From Octopus vulgaris (lineage: Eukaryota): a stretch of DNA of 64,000 nt. The translations under genes were made by a program, and so were the position numbers. Positions 15,350 to 29,094 of the stretch are shown piece by piece (within the stretch, counting starts at the first letter, position 1; each line of letters begins with the position of its first letter). The stretch is taken from positions 1,054,001 to 1,118,000 of the forward strand of contig OX597820.1 of assembly GCA_951406725.2 (NCBI GenBank), given 5' to 3'. The notes beneath the pieces were generated by a model. It made no database searches. It was not told the origin of the DNA and saw nothing but the letters and a program-made list of their open reading frames with translations.

Positions 15350-16434
15350 TGCATGGCAATTAATAAGTCAGGCACTCACACATCTCTTATTTTTTATTTG
15401 CTTCAACCATTAGACTGTGGCCATGCTGGGGCCTTGGAGGTTTTAATAAAATAAATTGACCCCAGGAATAATGTTGTTCTTAACTATACTATAACTTACT
15501 ATAACTTATAGCAATCCCTTCTGTTCACATACTGAGTTATGGAGACATAAACAAACCAACACTGGTTGTCAAGCAGTGGAGGGAACACAAACATGATGGG
15601 CTTCCACACAGTTTCTATTTACAAAGCCAATCTCACAAGGCTTTGATTGACCCAGTGCTATAGTAAAAGACATTTGCTCTAAGTACCACAGAGGGCCTGA
15701 ACTTGAAACCATGTGGTTGCAAGGCAAACTCCTAAACCACACAGCCATGTTTTTGTTTTTGCATTTTTTCACCTACGAAGTGTATCTAGGACTACATTTT
15801 CTAATGTGTCCTTCCTTTTTTTGTTAAAACAACAGGGTGTCATCTCAAAAGGGTTTTGCTGGTATTTCTTATATATTGCATCATAGCAAACATACATTCT
15901 TCCTCTTCAGTATTTGCCCCCTCATTGGTTCACTTCATGCTTTTGTTGGCAAAGTTGCGAGAGACGCACAGACATGTATTTACCTGCAAAAAACTCTGTG
16001 TGCGTTTGTGTGTAAATATTTTACACAGTGTTGATACATTCAACATGAAGTTAAGTTTATATACACAAATATCCCCATCTGCAGACATTCCACACTTCTA
16101 CATTCCAAATGCACACACATGCTTTCAAGACAAACACCAAACTAACATATATACACATGCTTACAACTGTTCATACACCAGCACATGCAATCAACACACG
16201 GATACACATTGATTCATATACATACATACATACAAACGATGATGATGATGATGATGATACATGTATACATATATATCTATATGCATGCGCACACATATAT
16301 ATGTGGTTTGGGCTTTAACTGCCCTTTCTAACATGCAAGGTGTCCTGTTAAAGGTCACTTCTTTTGTGTATAAATACGTACACTATTTTATATGAAATAT
16401 ATATATATATTATATATAGAGATATATATATATT

Positions 16435-17135
16435 CTTTTATTCTTTTATTGATTTCAGTCATTTTTGACTGTGGTCATGCTGGAGCAATGCTTTTTAGTC
16501 GAAGAAATTGACCCTGGACTTATTCTTTGTAAATGTCGTACTTATTCTATCAGTCTCTTTTTTGCCAAACCACTAAGTTATGGGGATGTAAACACACTAA
16601 CACCAGTTCCAACCAATGGTGGTGGAAGGCAAACACAGACATAAACACACAAATATATATATATATATATCATCATCACCATCCTTTAACATCCACTTTC
16701 CATGCTGGCATGGGTTGGATGGTTCAACTGAGGAATGGCAAGCCAGTAGGCTGCACCAAGTATCAATCTTTGTAGTTGGTGATTTTTACGTGCCACTGGC
16801 ACAAGGGCCAGACAGGTGGCTCTAGCAACAACCACGCTCGAATGGTGTTTTTTACATGTCTCTGGCACAGGAGCCAGTCAGGCGGCACTGGCAATGATCA
16901 TACTTGAATGGTGCTTTCAACATGCCACTGGCACAGGTGCCAATCATCAGGCGGCACAGGTGCCAATCATTAGGCGGCCCTGTCATCGGCCACAACGATT
17001 TCACTTGCCTCAACAGGTCTCTTTCAGTTTCTGTCTACCAAATCCACTCACAAAGCTTCAGTTGCCCAAGGTGCCATGCAGTGGGATTGAACCTAGAACC
17101 ATGTGGTTGGAAAGCAAGCTTCTTACCACACTGCT
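16435..17135 (-). mobile_element. SINE family A interrupted by an RTE tail (~16669-17017)
   Basis: 3' half at 16435-16650, head at 17020-17135. Confidence 0.8.
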
Positions 17136-17631
17136 GTGAATATGGTAACCCCTGGGTTAGACGGTTTAACTGGATCTGACCAGCTGGAGAGCTGCAGCCT
17201 GGATCCAGTCTGTTTTGACTTGGTTCCTACAGCTGGATGCCCTTCCTGACACAAACCACTCTACAGAGCGCACTGGGTGCCTTATACATCTGCCTTATGT
17301 CATACGAGTTCGACTCCCAGCAGTGCATTGTGTCCTTGGGCAAGACACTTTATTTCGCACTCCTCCAATCCACTCAGCTGACAAAAATAGCTCATACCTG
17401 TAACTCAAACAGGCCAACCTCGTCACACTCTGTGTCACGCTGAATCTCCCTGAGAACTACATCAAGGGTACACAGGTGTCTGTGGAATACTCAGCCGCTT
17501 GCATGTTAGTTTCATGAGCAGGCTGTTCCGGTGATTGGATCAACTGGAATTTTCATTGTCGTAATCAATGGTATGCCTGTGTATACAATCAGGGGTATGC
17601 CAGTGTATATATGTATATATGTATATATATG

Positions 17632-17665
<34 letters not shown>

Positions 17666-20404
17666 TGTATGTATGTATGTATATGTCTGTGCGTGTGAGA
17701 TCATGCTTTTACATGTGTGTCTGTTGTGAATCTCATTCTACTTGGGTAAATGAGTTAATGTATATATTGGCAGGTATGTATATGTTTGTGTGTATATAGG
17801 ATTGGCATGTATGTATAAGCAAGTGTGTGTATGACTGTGTGTGGTGGTAAAAAAAGAAAAAGAGAAAACGGATTGTAAATTTGGGAATATATAACAAGAG
17901 TAGGCTTGGTGGGAGAGGCTGAGGAGGGATGGCCAGGCAATAAACAATTGCTTTAGTTATATATGAAGCACTAATTGGATGGTGGCAGTGGTGATGGTGG
18001 TGGTGGTGGTGGTGGTGGTGGCGGCGGCAGTGGTGGCAGCGGTGGTGGTGGCGGCAGTGGTGGTGGTGGTGGTGGTGGTGATGAAGGTGGTGGCAGCAAC
18101 AATGATAGCCATGGTGGTGGTGGTGGTGGTGGTAATGATGGCGAATGCTTTGGAAGAGAAGGAATTAAGACTTAGATGTTCTCTCTGACTCAAATAGGTT
18201 GTCAGCCTTTTTACTTTTTGCATTTCATTAACATTTTCAGATATTAACCAGCATCATAGACAGACTCTCCCCCCCCCCAGCTACACTAACTACATCCTAG
18301 GCCCAGGAGGTGGGGAGAGAGTGATTTACACATTTTATTTCCCAAACTCCCATCACTCCATCACCACCACCACAACCACTACCACCATTAAAAATCATCA
18401 TCATCACCACTACCGTCATCTCCAACCCTACAAAAATTCTCTGCACAGGGCCAGGGCCATTACTGTTGCCCTCATTCTTCCTTCAGCAGACTGTTACAGG
18501 TCTCCCCATCTAAAACCCGACTCCCCCCTCCTTATTCTCCATCCCTAAATAATACTGACCCCCACTTCACTGCCGCCCAGTAATTCTCACCTCCTCAAAA
18601 CCTCTACCAACTTATTACCTCACCCCCCCCAACACCTCACACTATATATACATGCTTTGTCCTTTATTTCTTTCACACATTTGGATGTGGCCATGCTGGG
18701 GCAGTACCATGAATAATTCTACTTGAACGAATTGACCCAAGTAGTTATATATATTTCTTTTAACTTTGTACTTATTCTATCAGTCTCTTTTGCCAAGCTG
18801 CTAAGTGACAGGGACATAAACAAACCAACACTGGATGTCAAAACAGTGATGGGAAACAAATACAGACACAAAGACACATACACAGATGCATATATATAAA
18901 TATATATACACACACACACACACATGCACAAAAACAACAGGCTTCTTTCAGTTTCCGCCTACCAAATCCATTCACAAGACTTTAGTCGGCCCAAGGCTAT
19001 AGTAGAAGACTCTTGCCCAAGGTGCCATGGAGTGGGACTGAACCCAGAACCATGTGGTTGGGAAGCAAGCTTCTTCCCACACATCCTACACATCCATACA
19101 CCTTACGCATACTGTGTCAGAGGCAGTCATTACAGGGGCCATTGTCCCCCCCCCTTCCAACACCCACCTCCCTCTAAATCCACCCTCATCCACTCATCGC
19201 CACAAACACCACCACCACCACCACCACTACCACAATTTCTGGTCATTCTCTCCTCAGCCTATTCCCCACTACCATGACTATCACCATCCCCATCATTAGC
19301 AAAACCACCACCATCATTAGCAAAATTATTGTCGCCCTCTCCACCATCACCACCACCACTGCCACCACCATCGCCATCGCCACCGTCACCACCACCACCA
19401 CCACCATCATTGCCGCCACTGCCACAATCACCACCCCCACCACCGCCACAATCACCACTACCATCACCAGCACCACCATGAAAATCATCACCTCTACCCC
19501 CATCACCACCTCCTCCATAATAATAATTCTTTGCTTTCCCCTCTCTCTCTCTCTCTCTTCCTTCCTTGCTTCTCTCCTTCCCTCTGCACCATCTTACACC
19601 ATCTCTCCTTTATAAAACACATTGCCCTTTTCCCCCCTCCCCCTGCTCTCTGGATTAACCTTCCTCTCCCTGCCCCCCCCCCCCCGACTCTTACTTCACC
19701 ATCAACATCAACAACAACAACACAACATCCTGCTCTCCCCAGCATCAAACCTCTCATTGTTTGGGACTGACCTTTCCCTCCTTGATCCTATTCCACCCAC
19801 CCACACTATCCCCCTCCCCAACTATCTTTACCTATGTGGTGGTGGGCATGGCTGTTTAGGAATGGAGTCAGCACCCTCTCTTTCCGTCCACCTCAATGCT
19901 TCCACATTGATCACCAGCAGCCTTTTTCTTCTCCTCATCTAAGATAATCCATCTCTGACACTAACCAAATTCTCCCTCCCTCTCTCTCTTTCTCTCCCTC
20001 ACTCACTTGCTCTGTAACCATAATCTATCTCTCTTGTATATATTCCCCCATTCTCTCTCTCTCTCTCTTGTTCTCTCTCTCTGGATGGATATATATATGT
20101 ATATATAGGTATGTGTGTGCACGCATGTATGTGTGTATATATATATGTAGGTGTATGTCATCATCATCATCATCATCATCATTTAACATCCACTTTCCCT
20201 GCTGGCATGGGTTGGACGATTTGACTGAGGACTGGCGAACCAGATGGCTGCAGCTGGTTCAAATCTGATCTGGCAGAATTTCTACAGCTGGATGCCCTTC
20301 CTAACGCCAACCACTCCAAGAGTGTAGTGGGTGCTGTTACGTGCCACCGAGTGTGTATGTGTATATATGTGTGCATAGCATATATATATATATATATATA
20401 TATA

Positions 20405-20795
20405 CTCTTTTACTCTTTTACTTGTTTCAGTCATTTGACTGTGGCCATGCTGGAGCACCACCTTTAGTCGAGCAAATCGACCCCGGGACTTATCCTTTGT
20501 AAGCCCAGTACTTATTCTATCGGTCTCTTTTGCCGAACCGCTAAGTGACAGGGACGTAAACACACCAGCATCGGTTGTCAAGCAATGCTAGGGGGACAAA
20601 CACAGACACACAAACACATACACACACACATATATATAAGTATTTATGACGGGCTTCTTTCAGTTTCCGTCTACCAAATCCACTCACAAGGCTTTGGTTG
20701 GCCCGAGGCTATAGTAGAAGACACTTGCCCAAGGTGCCACACAGTGGGACTGAACCTGGAACCATGTGGTTGGTAAGCAAGCTTACTTACCACAC
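20405..20795 (-). mobile_element. SINE family A, followed by a + strand 3' half at ~20810-21005
   Basis: Reverse complement of the family sequence. Confidence 0.9.
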
Positions 20796-21609
20796 TACCC
20801 AAAAGTGTATTCTGTGTTTGTCCCTCCACCATCGCTTGACAACCAATGTTGGTGTGTCTATGGCCCCATAACTTAGTGGTTCGGCAGAAGAGACTGATAG
20901 AATAAGTACTAAGCTTACAAGGAATAAGTCCTAGGGTTGATTTGTTCAACTAAAGGTGGTGCTCCAGCATGGTTGCAGTCAAATGACTGAAACAAATAAA
21001 AGTAAAAGAAACAAACACGTACGTGTGTATGTATCGGGGTTTCAGGTGGCACATGTCTTTGTATTGTACTTGGTTCAGACAATCTATTGTGGCCATGCTG
21101 GGGCACTGCCTTGAAATGTTTTAGCGGAACAGATCGACCCCACCCTCCACCCCTCAGGGGACGGCTGTTGTAATCTCAGTTACTTATATGCCATGGAAAC
21201 AGTCAATTTCCAGCCTTATGATTCCTAGACCTCATGACAAACAAGTCTTCCCTTTTTCCTCTTAAGCCATGCCAGGCTCATAAGGGCCGGTTTCCCAGTT
21301 TCAATGACATTTCCCACCTGGATGGGATGCTGGTCCTTCGCAGGATTGCTCATTTTTGCCATCTGAGTGGACTGGAGCAATGTAAAATGAAGTGTCTTGC
21401 TCAAGAACACACTGCATCGCCCAGTCCAGGTTTTATTCGATGTTTGTTATTGCTCTGTCAGACAAGTCAAAGACAGTACAGCATTCATATGTTCCATTTT
21501 AGCAGAGTTTGTTTTTTTTACTCTGGATATCCGTCCTAACGCTAACCACTTTACAAAATATACTGGCTCCAGTTTATCATGGCACCAGCATTAGAGATGA
21601 TGTCACACC

Positions 21610-21979
21610 CTTGGCAAGATTAAAGGTTTCCCTCTTGCCAGAGCAGCTGACTGGCTTCCATGCCGGTGGCACGTAAAAAGCACCATTCGGGCATGATCAT
21701 TACCAGCGTCACCTTACTGGCACTTGTGCAGGTGGCACATAAAAAACACCATTTGAGCATGGCCGTTGCCAGTACCCCCTGACTGGTCCTCATGCTGGTG
21801 GCACATAGAAGCACCCACTACACTCTCAGAGAGGTTGGCGTTAGGAAGGGCATCCAGCTGTAGAAACTCTGCCAGATCAGATTGGAGTCTGGCGCAGCCA
21901 TCTGGTTCGCCAGTCCTCAGTCAAATCGTCCAACCCATGCTAGCATGGAAAGTGGACATTAAACGATGATGATGATGAT
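21610..21979 (+). mobile_element. RTE 3'UTR/tail copy
   Basis: ggcgttaggaagggcatccagctgtagaaac...catgctagcatggaaa...(gat)n. Confidence 0.85.
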
Positions 21980-23020
21980 CATCATCATCATCATCATCAT
22001 CATCATCGTTTAACGTCCGCTTTCCATGCTAGCATGGGTTGGACGGTTCAACTGGGGTCTGGCAAGCCCGAAGGCTGCACCAGGCCAGTCAGATCTGGCA
22101 GTGTTTCTACAGCTGGATGCCCTTCCTAACGCCAACCACTCCGAGAGTGTAGTGTAGCCACCGACACAGGTGCCAGATGAGGCTGGCAGACGGCCACGCT
22201 CGGATGGTGTTTTTTATGTGCCACCGACACAGGTGCCAGACGAGGCTGGCTGACGGCCACGCTCGGATGGTGTTTTCTTATGTGTCACCGACACAGGTGC
22301 CAGACGAGGCTGGCGGACGGCCACGCTCGGATGGTGTTTGTTACGTGCCCTCAGCACGGAGGCCAGTCGTTGCGGTACTGGCTACGGTCACGTTCGGATG
22401 GTTTTCTTATGTGCCACCGGCACTGGTACCACAAGGATACAAATTCCATTGATGTTCATCTATTTTGATTTGGTTCGATTTGATTTGATTTGATTCGATT
22501 CTCACTTGCCTCAACAGGTCTTCACAAGTGTCACAAGGAGGAAGGTATGCACAGGTGGACTGACTACGTCCCAGGTAGGGGCCACGGATTATGGCTTCAC
22601 TAGTCTTGCCGGGTCTTCTCACGCACAGCATACTTCCATAGGGCTCGGTCTCTAGTCATTTCCATGGTGAGACCTAACGTCCAAAGGTCGTGCTTCACCA
22701 CCTCGTCCCAGGTTTTCCTGGGTCTACCTCTTCCACGGGTTCCCTGAACTGCTAGGGATTGGCACTTTCTCACACACCTATCTTCATCCATTCTCGCCAC
22801 ATGACCATACCAGCGCAATCGTCTCTCTTGCACACCACAACTGATGCTTCTTAGGTACAACATTTCTCTCAAGGTGCTAACGCTCTGTCGAGTAGGTACA
22901 CTGACATTACACATCCATCGGAGCATACTGGCTTCGTTCCTCACGAGCTTACACATGTCCTCAGCAGTCACGGCCCATGTTCCACTGCCATGTAGCATAG
23001 CTGTTCGTACACATGCATCA
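21980..23020 (-). mobile_element. 5'-truncated RTE LINE
   Basis: ORF 22600-22998 (MLHGSGTW...LRWYGHVARM...GRPRKTW), near-identical to 6441-7330 in the ORF part. Confidence 0.9.
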
Positions 23021-23046
23021 TACAGTGATGATATTAGCTCTGTTCA

Positions 23047-23250
23047 AGGCAGCAAGCTGGCAGAATCCTTAGCACACTGGACAAAATGCTTAGCAGTATT
23101 TCGCCCCTTTCGCTATGTTCTGAGTTCAAATTCTGCTGAGGTTGACTTTGCCTTTCATCCTTTTGGGGTCAATAAATTAAGTACCAGTTGCATACTGGGG
23201 TTGATGTAATCGACTTGGTCCCTTCCCCCAAAATTTGAGGCCTTGTGCCT
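23047..23250 (+). mobile_element. SINE family B
   Basis: Family match with an alternative 3' end. Confidence 0.85.
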
Positions 23251-23380
23251 GTATATTAACTCTGTTCAACTTTACACTTTATCATAGCTGCAGCACCAAT
23301 TGGATTGCCTTGTGCCCTAAACACCAAAGGGTCTTCATTAAACTACATTGTTGGCTCCATTCATTCAAAGCAAAACGTCT

Positions 23381-23412
<32 letters not shown>

Positions 23413-24486
23413 CGAATATCATATACCCCCATCCCTACTACTTCCACCTTCAAACAATGCAAAGCTGATCCCAAACACAACCACATCTGCAGGTGCAAGC
23501 GTCGCTGTGTGGTAAGAAGTTTTCTTCCCAACCACAGGGTTCTGGGTTCAGTTCCACTGCATATTCATCTTGGGCAAGTGTTTTTTACTATAACCTTGGG
23601 TCAACCAAAGCTTTGTCAGTGGATTTGGTAGATGGAAACTGAAAGAAGCCTGTCATACATATGTGTGTGTGTGTGTGTCTGTGTGTGTTTGCCCTCCACC
23701 ACCACTTGACAACCAGTGTTGGTTTGTTTATGTCCCCGTAACTTAGTGGTTCAGCAAAAGGGACTGATAGAATAAGTAACAAGCTTTGAAATAAGTACAG
23801 GGGTCGATTTGTTCAAGTAAAATTCTTTGAGGTGGTGCCCCAATCTCATGACTGACACAAGTAGAAGCCAAAAGAGAACGGTTTCCAGGGCCAGTTGAAC
23901 TGGATTCAGTGATTGGTCTGTCTCTCTTATTACAGACTTTGTGAAAGTTGTTATGATTGCTAATGGCTTGGTTTAGCTCCATTGTTGCTGGCCATTATTA
24001 ATGGTTCACCAAAGAATGGTTTAGAGAAATCCATTTGTAAAATTGTAATGTTTCTGCCGGTGAGCATTTACCGAAATGGAAAAGAAAACTAAAAGAAGGA
24101 AGGAAGGAAGGAAGGAAGGAATTGGAGACAATGGATTCAATACTAGTAATTACTTTGATGTAAATTACAATAAACAGACATACAAACCAGCATGTGATCA
24201 TATATCGGTCTAGTTACACACACACACACAATCATGCATATATACACACATTTATTGTTAGCAAAATTAGTCCTGAATACATTCAAGACATTATTGCATT
24301 CTCTACTTAATGAAATCATCTGGTTATTGTCATCTAAAAGGCTCCAGCCCCATGAAGTGATCGCAATTCAGCTTCGATTCAGTGTGTGTGTGTGTGTGTG
24401 TGTGTGTACGTACCATCATATCTCTCTTTGTTACTCGTTCTCTCTAACTCCTTATCTATTTCTTTGTTACTCTCTTTCTCTCTAAG

Positions 24487-24520
<34 letters not shown>

Positions 24521-25330
24521 TCCTTTAAGGGTTCCCATGTATCTCCCTGCCAACAAGACACCTGTCTCTATCCCTTTAATGTCTCACAAACTGGCATAAG
24601 CCACCTTCCCCAACATCACCTCCCCACCACTCCTGGTAAAAAGGGTCCTGGTCTCGCAAGTTGCTTGGTGACCCCTACCAGTACTGGTACCACATAAAAA
24701 GCACCCAACATACTTTGTAAAGCAGTTGACATTAGGAAGGATCCCCTTCCTAACGCCAACCACTCCAAGAGTGTAATGGGTGCTTTTTACATGCCACCAG
24801 CATGGGTGCCATTTGTGTAACTCTGAGGCGCATTTATGTGCCACTGGCATGGGTGCCAATTTGTGTGACACCACTATCTGCCATGACTGCGATTTTACTC
24901 ACCTTGATGGGTCTTCTTCTCAAGCACAACATAATGCCAAAGGTCTTGGTGATTGCCTCTGTGAGGCCCAACGCTCGAAAGGAACTCAGCCACTTTGCCT
25001 TCATGAAGCCCACACTCAATATATATATATATTTATATTATAAAATATGTGTGTGTGTGTGTGTGTGTATATATATACAGATATATAAAATGTGTGTGTA
25101 TGTGTATATATTATATATGTGTATGTATAGATGGGGTGCATACAGTACGGATTTCAACTATTGAGGATTCTTAATTTCAATTATTATAAACTTTCTTTTT
25201 CTTTAAAAAAAAGGAAAATAATATATTTGAATAAAATTTACATATTTTTCACATATATTTGCATCCTTTTCGTATATTTATAATATATAATAACTTTAAA
25301 ACTATATTTGTGTTTTTTTTTTCTTTTCAG

Positions 25331-25360
25331 AAAACTAAAACTTTCTGAAAAGATTTTTGG
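25331..25360 (+). other. Candidate 30-nt non-coding micro-exon, possibly tetraspanin 5'UTR
   Basis: Long T tract ending ttcttttcAG at 25330 and GG|GTAAGT donor at 25361, in non-repetitive AT-rich sequence. Confidence 0.4.
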
Positions 25361-25591
25361 GTAAGTTTAAAAAAACCTGACATTACAAATTGCTTTCAAA
25401 TTTTGGCACAAAGCCAGCAATATTTGAGGGGGCGGGGGTGTAAGTCAGTCACATTGACCCTAGTGTTTGGCTGATACATATTTTGCTGACCCTGACAGGA
25501 GGAAAAGTAAATTCACCCTCGGTGGAATTTGAACTCAGAGCGTAAAGATGAACGAAATGCCATTCAGCACGTTGCCCAGCTCACCCTTACT

Positions 25592-26010
25592 CTTTACTCT
25601 CTTTTACTTGTTTCAGTCATGTGACTGTGGCCGTGCTGGAGCACCACCTTTAGTCGAGCAAATCGACCCCAGGACTTATTCTTTGGAAGCCTAGTACTTA
25701 TTCTATCGGTATCTTTTGCCGAACCGTTAAGTTACAGGGATGTAAACACGCCAGCATCGGTTGTCAAATGATGTTGTTGGGGGGACAAACACAGACACAC
25801 AAACATATACACACACACACACACATATATAGATATATATATACATATATAAGACGGGCTTCTTTCAGTTTCCGTCTACCAAATCCACTCACAAGGCTTT
25901 GGTCGGCCCAAGGCTATAGTAGAAGACACTTGCCCATGGTGTCATGCAGTGGAACTGAACCCAGAACCATGTGGTTGGTAAGCAAGCTACTTACCACACA
26001 GCCACTCCTA
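25592..26010 (-). mobile_element. SINE family A
   Basis: Full-length reverse-complement match. Confidence 0.9.
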
Positions 26011-26519
26011 CACCTAACATTACCTAATATTTCATACCACCATTATCATCGTCATCATCATCACCGTTATCATCATAATTATCAGTATCATCATCATCAA
26101 CAATGTTGTAATCATAATCCTAATTAAGATTATCTTTGTTATTATTCCTCTAACCTCTTGCCTGGCACACAGCCACTTCCTTTGGTTTCACTCCTTCTCC
26201 CAGCTAAGAGGCCTTTGTCTTGCAAGTGACTTGGTCACCCTGCAGGTGCTGGTGCCACATAAAAAAAAACACCTGTGATGGTGCCACATACAAGGCACTG
26301 GTGTTGGTGCCACACAAAAATCACCCAGCACACTCTGTAAAGTGGTTGGCACTAAAGAGGGCATCCAGCCATAGAAACCATTCCAAAGTAGAGACTGGAG
26401 TCTGATGCCGTTCTCTCGGTCCTTGCCAGTTCCTGTCAAACCAAACTCTGCTAGCATGGAAGTGAGACATCATATGATGACTACGACGATGATGATGTTG
26501 ATTATTCATGTGCCCTTAC

Positions 26520-26877
26520 GCATGTGTGTGCCTGACTGGCTCCCCATGGTGGTGGCACGTAAAAAGCACCAACCGAATGTCAACAATGACAGCCCCCACC
26601 CCACCCTGACTGGCTCCTGTGTCGGTAGCACATAGAAAGCACCCTCTGAACATGGCAGATGCCAGTGCCACCTGACTGGCTCCCATGCTGGTGGCACATA
26701 AAAAGCACCCACTACACTCTTGGAGTGGTTGGCGTTAGGAAGGGCATCTAGCTGTAGATACCTTGCCAGATCAGACTGGAGCCTGGTGCAGCCTTCTGGG
26801 TCGCCAGTCCCCAGTCAAACCATCCAGCCCATGCCGGCATGGAAAGCGGATGCTAAACAACGATGATGATGATGATG
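26520..26877 (+). mobile_element. RTE 3'UTR/tail copy, in tandem after another at ~26150-26495
   Basis: Same conserved 3' block and (GAT)n tail. Confidence 0.82.
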
Positions 26878-28314
26878 TTTAAAACAGTTTCTTGTAGAAA
26901 GAAAGAAGTGTTCAGCATTTGTGATCTCTATTCACGGATGCTGATTCGGTTATGCCTTGGAGAATTTTAAAGAATTTATAGTCTATGCAGACATGTGAAG
27001 CATATTTTAAGATAAACGTTTGAGGGGAGGGGCAGTGAGAGGGATAACCTGTTGACAGGATTTGAACTTCTAATGTCTTCCACACCAGGCAAACATGAGA
27101 AACATTTACACAAAAATACATCCACACATACATGGATATTAATAGACAAATAAGCAAAAAGCATGTGTGTGTGTGTGTGTGTGTGTGTAGACATGTGAGT
27201 GTGAACACATACATGCAAATATACTCATACACACAGTACAGGAAACTAACAGATGAACAGACTGGATATGTGTGTGTGTGTGTGTGTGTGTGAATATACA
27301 CACATAGATGCAACAGCAATCACTAAAATTTAAGGAATTTGTTAAAAAATAACCTGCAAAGGATGTTTTATTTCCTGTAGAAATGAAGCGTAAACCATTA
27401 AACAAACTCAATACCTGTCTGTTGATTTACTGAACTATCTGCCTGTCCAGCCATCCATTTATTCCACCGTTATTCTTGGCATCCATCTCTCACTGTATTA
27501 CATCATTCTCTCCATCTCTCTATGTAACTCTCTCTCTCTCTCTCTCTCATCTATACATATATGTGTGTGAATGGAGTCAATTATTTAGTTATGTTATGTA
27601 TGTTTCCATAGCATGGTCATTTATTTGCATATTAATGGATTACACAATAGAACAACACAACCAGATGACGTCATCAAACATCATCGCAGTCTCAAAACAC
27701 AATTTTTGATGTAACGTCATCTTGAATATCTGTATGCCTTCTTTTTCCATACAGTCATGGCTTGGACAAGGTTTCTCAAGGCAATAATCTTTTGATGGAT
27801 ACCCTTCCTGATGCCAACTTTTGATTTCCAAATAATGTATTTATATCTGCGTACTTCAAACCACTGCCAGACATCTTGTTTATAGCAAACGTAAGCATTG
27901 TCACCACTGAATTCAAGCCAATACCTCACACACACACACATTGCCATCATCATCATTTAACATCCATTTTCTACTCTGCCATCAGTGGTCTGATGGGATA
28001 TAGCAAGCCACCGGGTTGCACCAAGGTCAAGTGTTTGCTTTGACATGGTTTCTCTGGCTGGATGCCCTTCCTAATGTCAACCAACTTACAGTATGTGCTG
28101 ACTGCATTTTTTGTGCCCCCTGCATGAGACAGGAAGAGAACAGGGGGGAAAAGGAAAGTGAAAAAATCAAATACATTATATTTAAATATTTGTGTGTTGT
28201 GTGTATATGTGTGTGCATGTGTATATATATATGTATATGTGTTTGTATTTATGTATATATTGTACAAATATATAAAGACAAAGATGCGAATGCCTCAATA
28301 AGGTGGTAACTGCA

Positions 28315-28349
<35 letters not shown>

Positions 28350-28359
<10 letters not shown>

Positions 28360-28652
28360 ATTTAGGAATGGTCATTTTGCCAGTTTAGCCAATAAAAACA
28401 CACGCACTATATTTGGTGTTACTTTGCTTCAGTGTTATTTATTTTTTACATTAATCTTAATCTTATTTCGAGCCAGAGTTCTTTCGTCACACTGATGCGG
28501 TCACAGGAGTGTGACGAAAGAACTCTGGCCGAAATAAGATTAAGATTAATGTAAAAAATAAATAACACTGAAGCAAAGTAACACCAAATATATAGTGCGT
28601 GTGTTTTTATTGGCTAAACTGGCAAAATGACCATTCCTAAATACAACAATAT
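28350..28652. repeat. Near-perfect inverted repeat, ~143-bp arms, 14-nt loop
   Basis: Arms differ only by two small indels; abuts (TA)n. Confidence 0.97.
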
Positions 28653-28781
28653 CTGTTTCAACACATGACTTCACATAAAAATTCTTGCACAACAAATATT
28701 TAAACGTATATATATATATATATATATTTCGTTTTTGGATTTGGTTTGCAGGATTCTTTATGTGAGTTCGTGTGTTGAAGC

Positions 28782-29038
28782 ATATTTTGTTGTGTCTGGG
28801 GAGAGTCGTTCTCTTTTAGGGCCTCATCATTTAACACATTCACCGGTTCAATTTCCACTCATTTACTTAGTTATTTGCTCTAAAATTTTCATTGTGTCTT
28901 GCAACCTCTTTAATAGTTGCAAGACACAATGAAAATTTTAGAAAAACAAGCAAGGAAATAAGTGGAAATTTTACCGGTGAGTTTGTTAAATTGTAAGACA
29001 CAAAAAGAGAAGAACTCTCCCCAGACACAACAAAATAT
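28782..29038. repeat. Imperfect inverted repeat, ~125-bp arms, 10-nt loop
   Basis: 27-bp perfect inner stem and matching outer ends. Confidence 0.92.
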
Positions 29039-29094
29039 ATATTATTTATATTATTATTTCATTGAATGTCATGCATCCATTTCCAAGTAACTTT

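Noticed and set aside
22157-22420. CRISPR-like repeat periodicity, also at 58085-58405
   Set aside because: Whole units repeat with no unique spacers, the context is a eukaryotic LINE UTR, and there are no cas genes.
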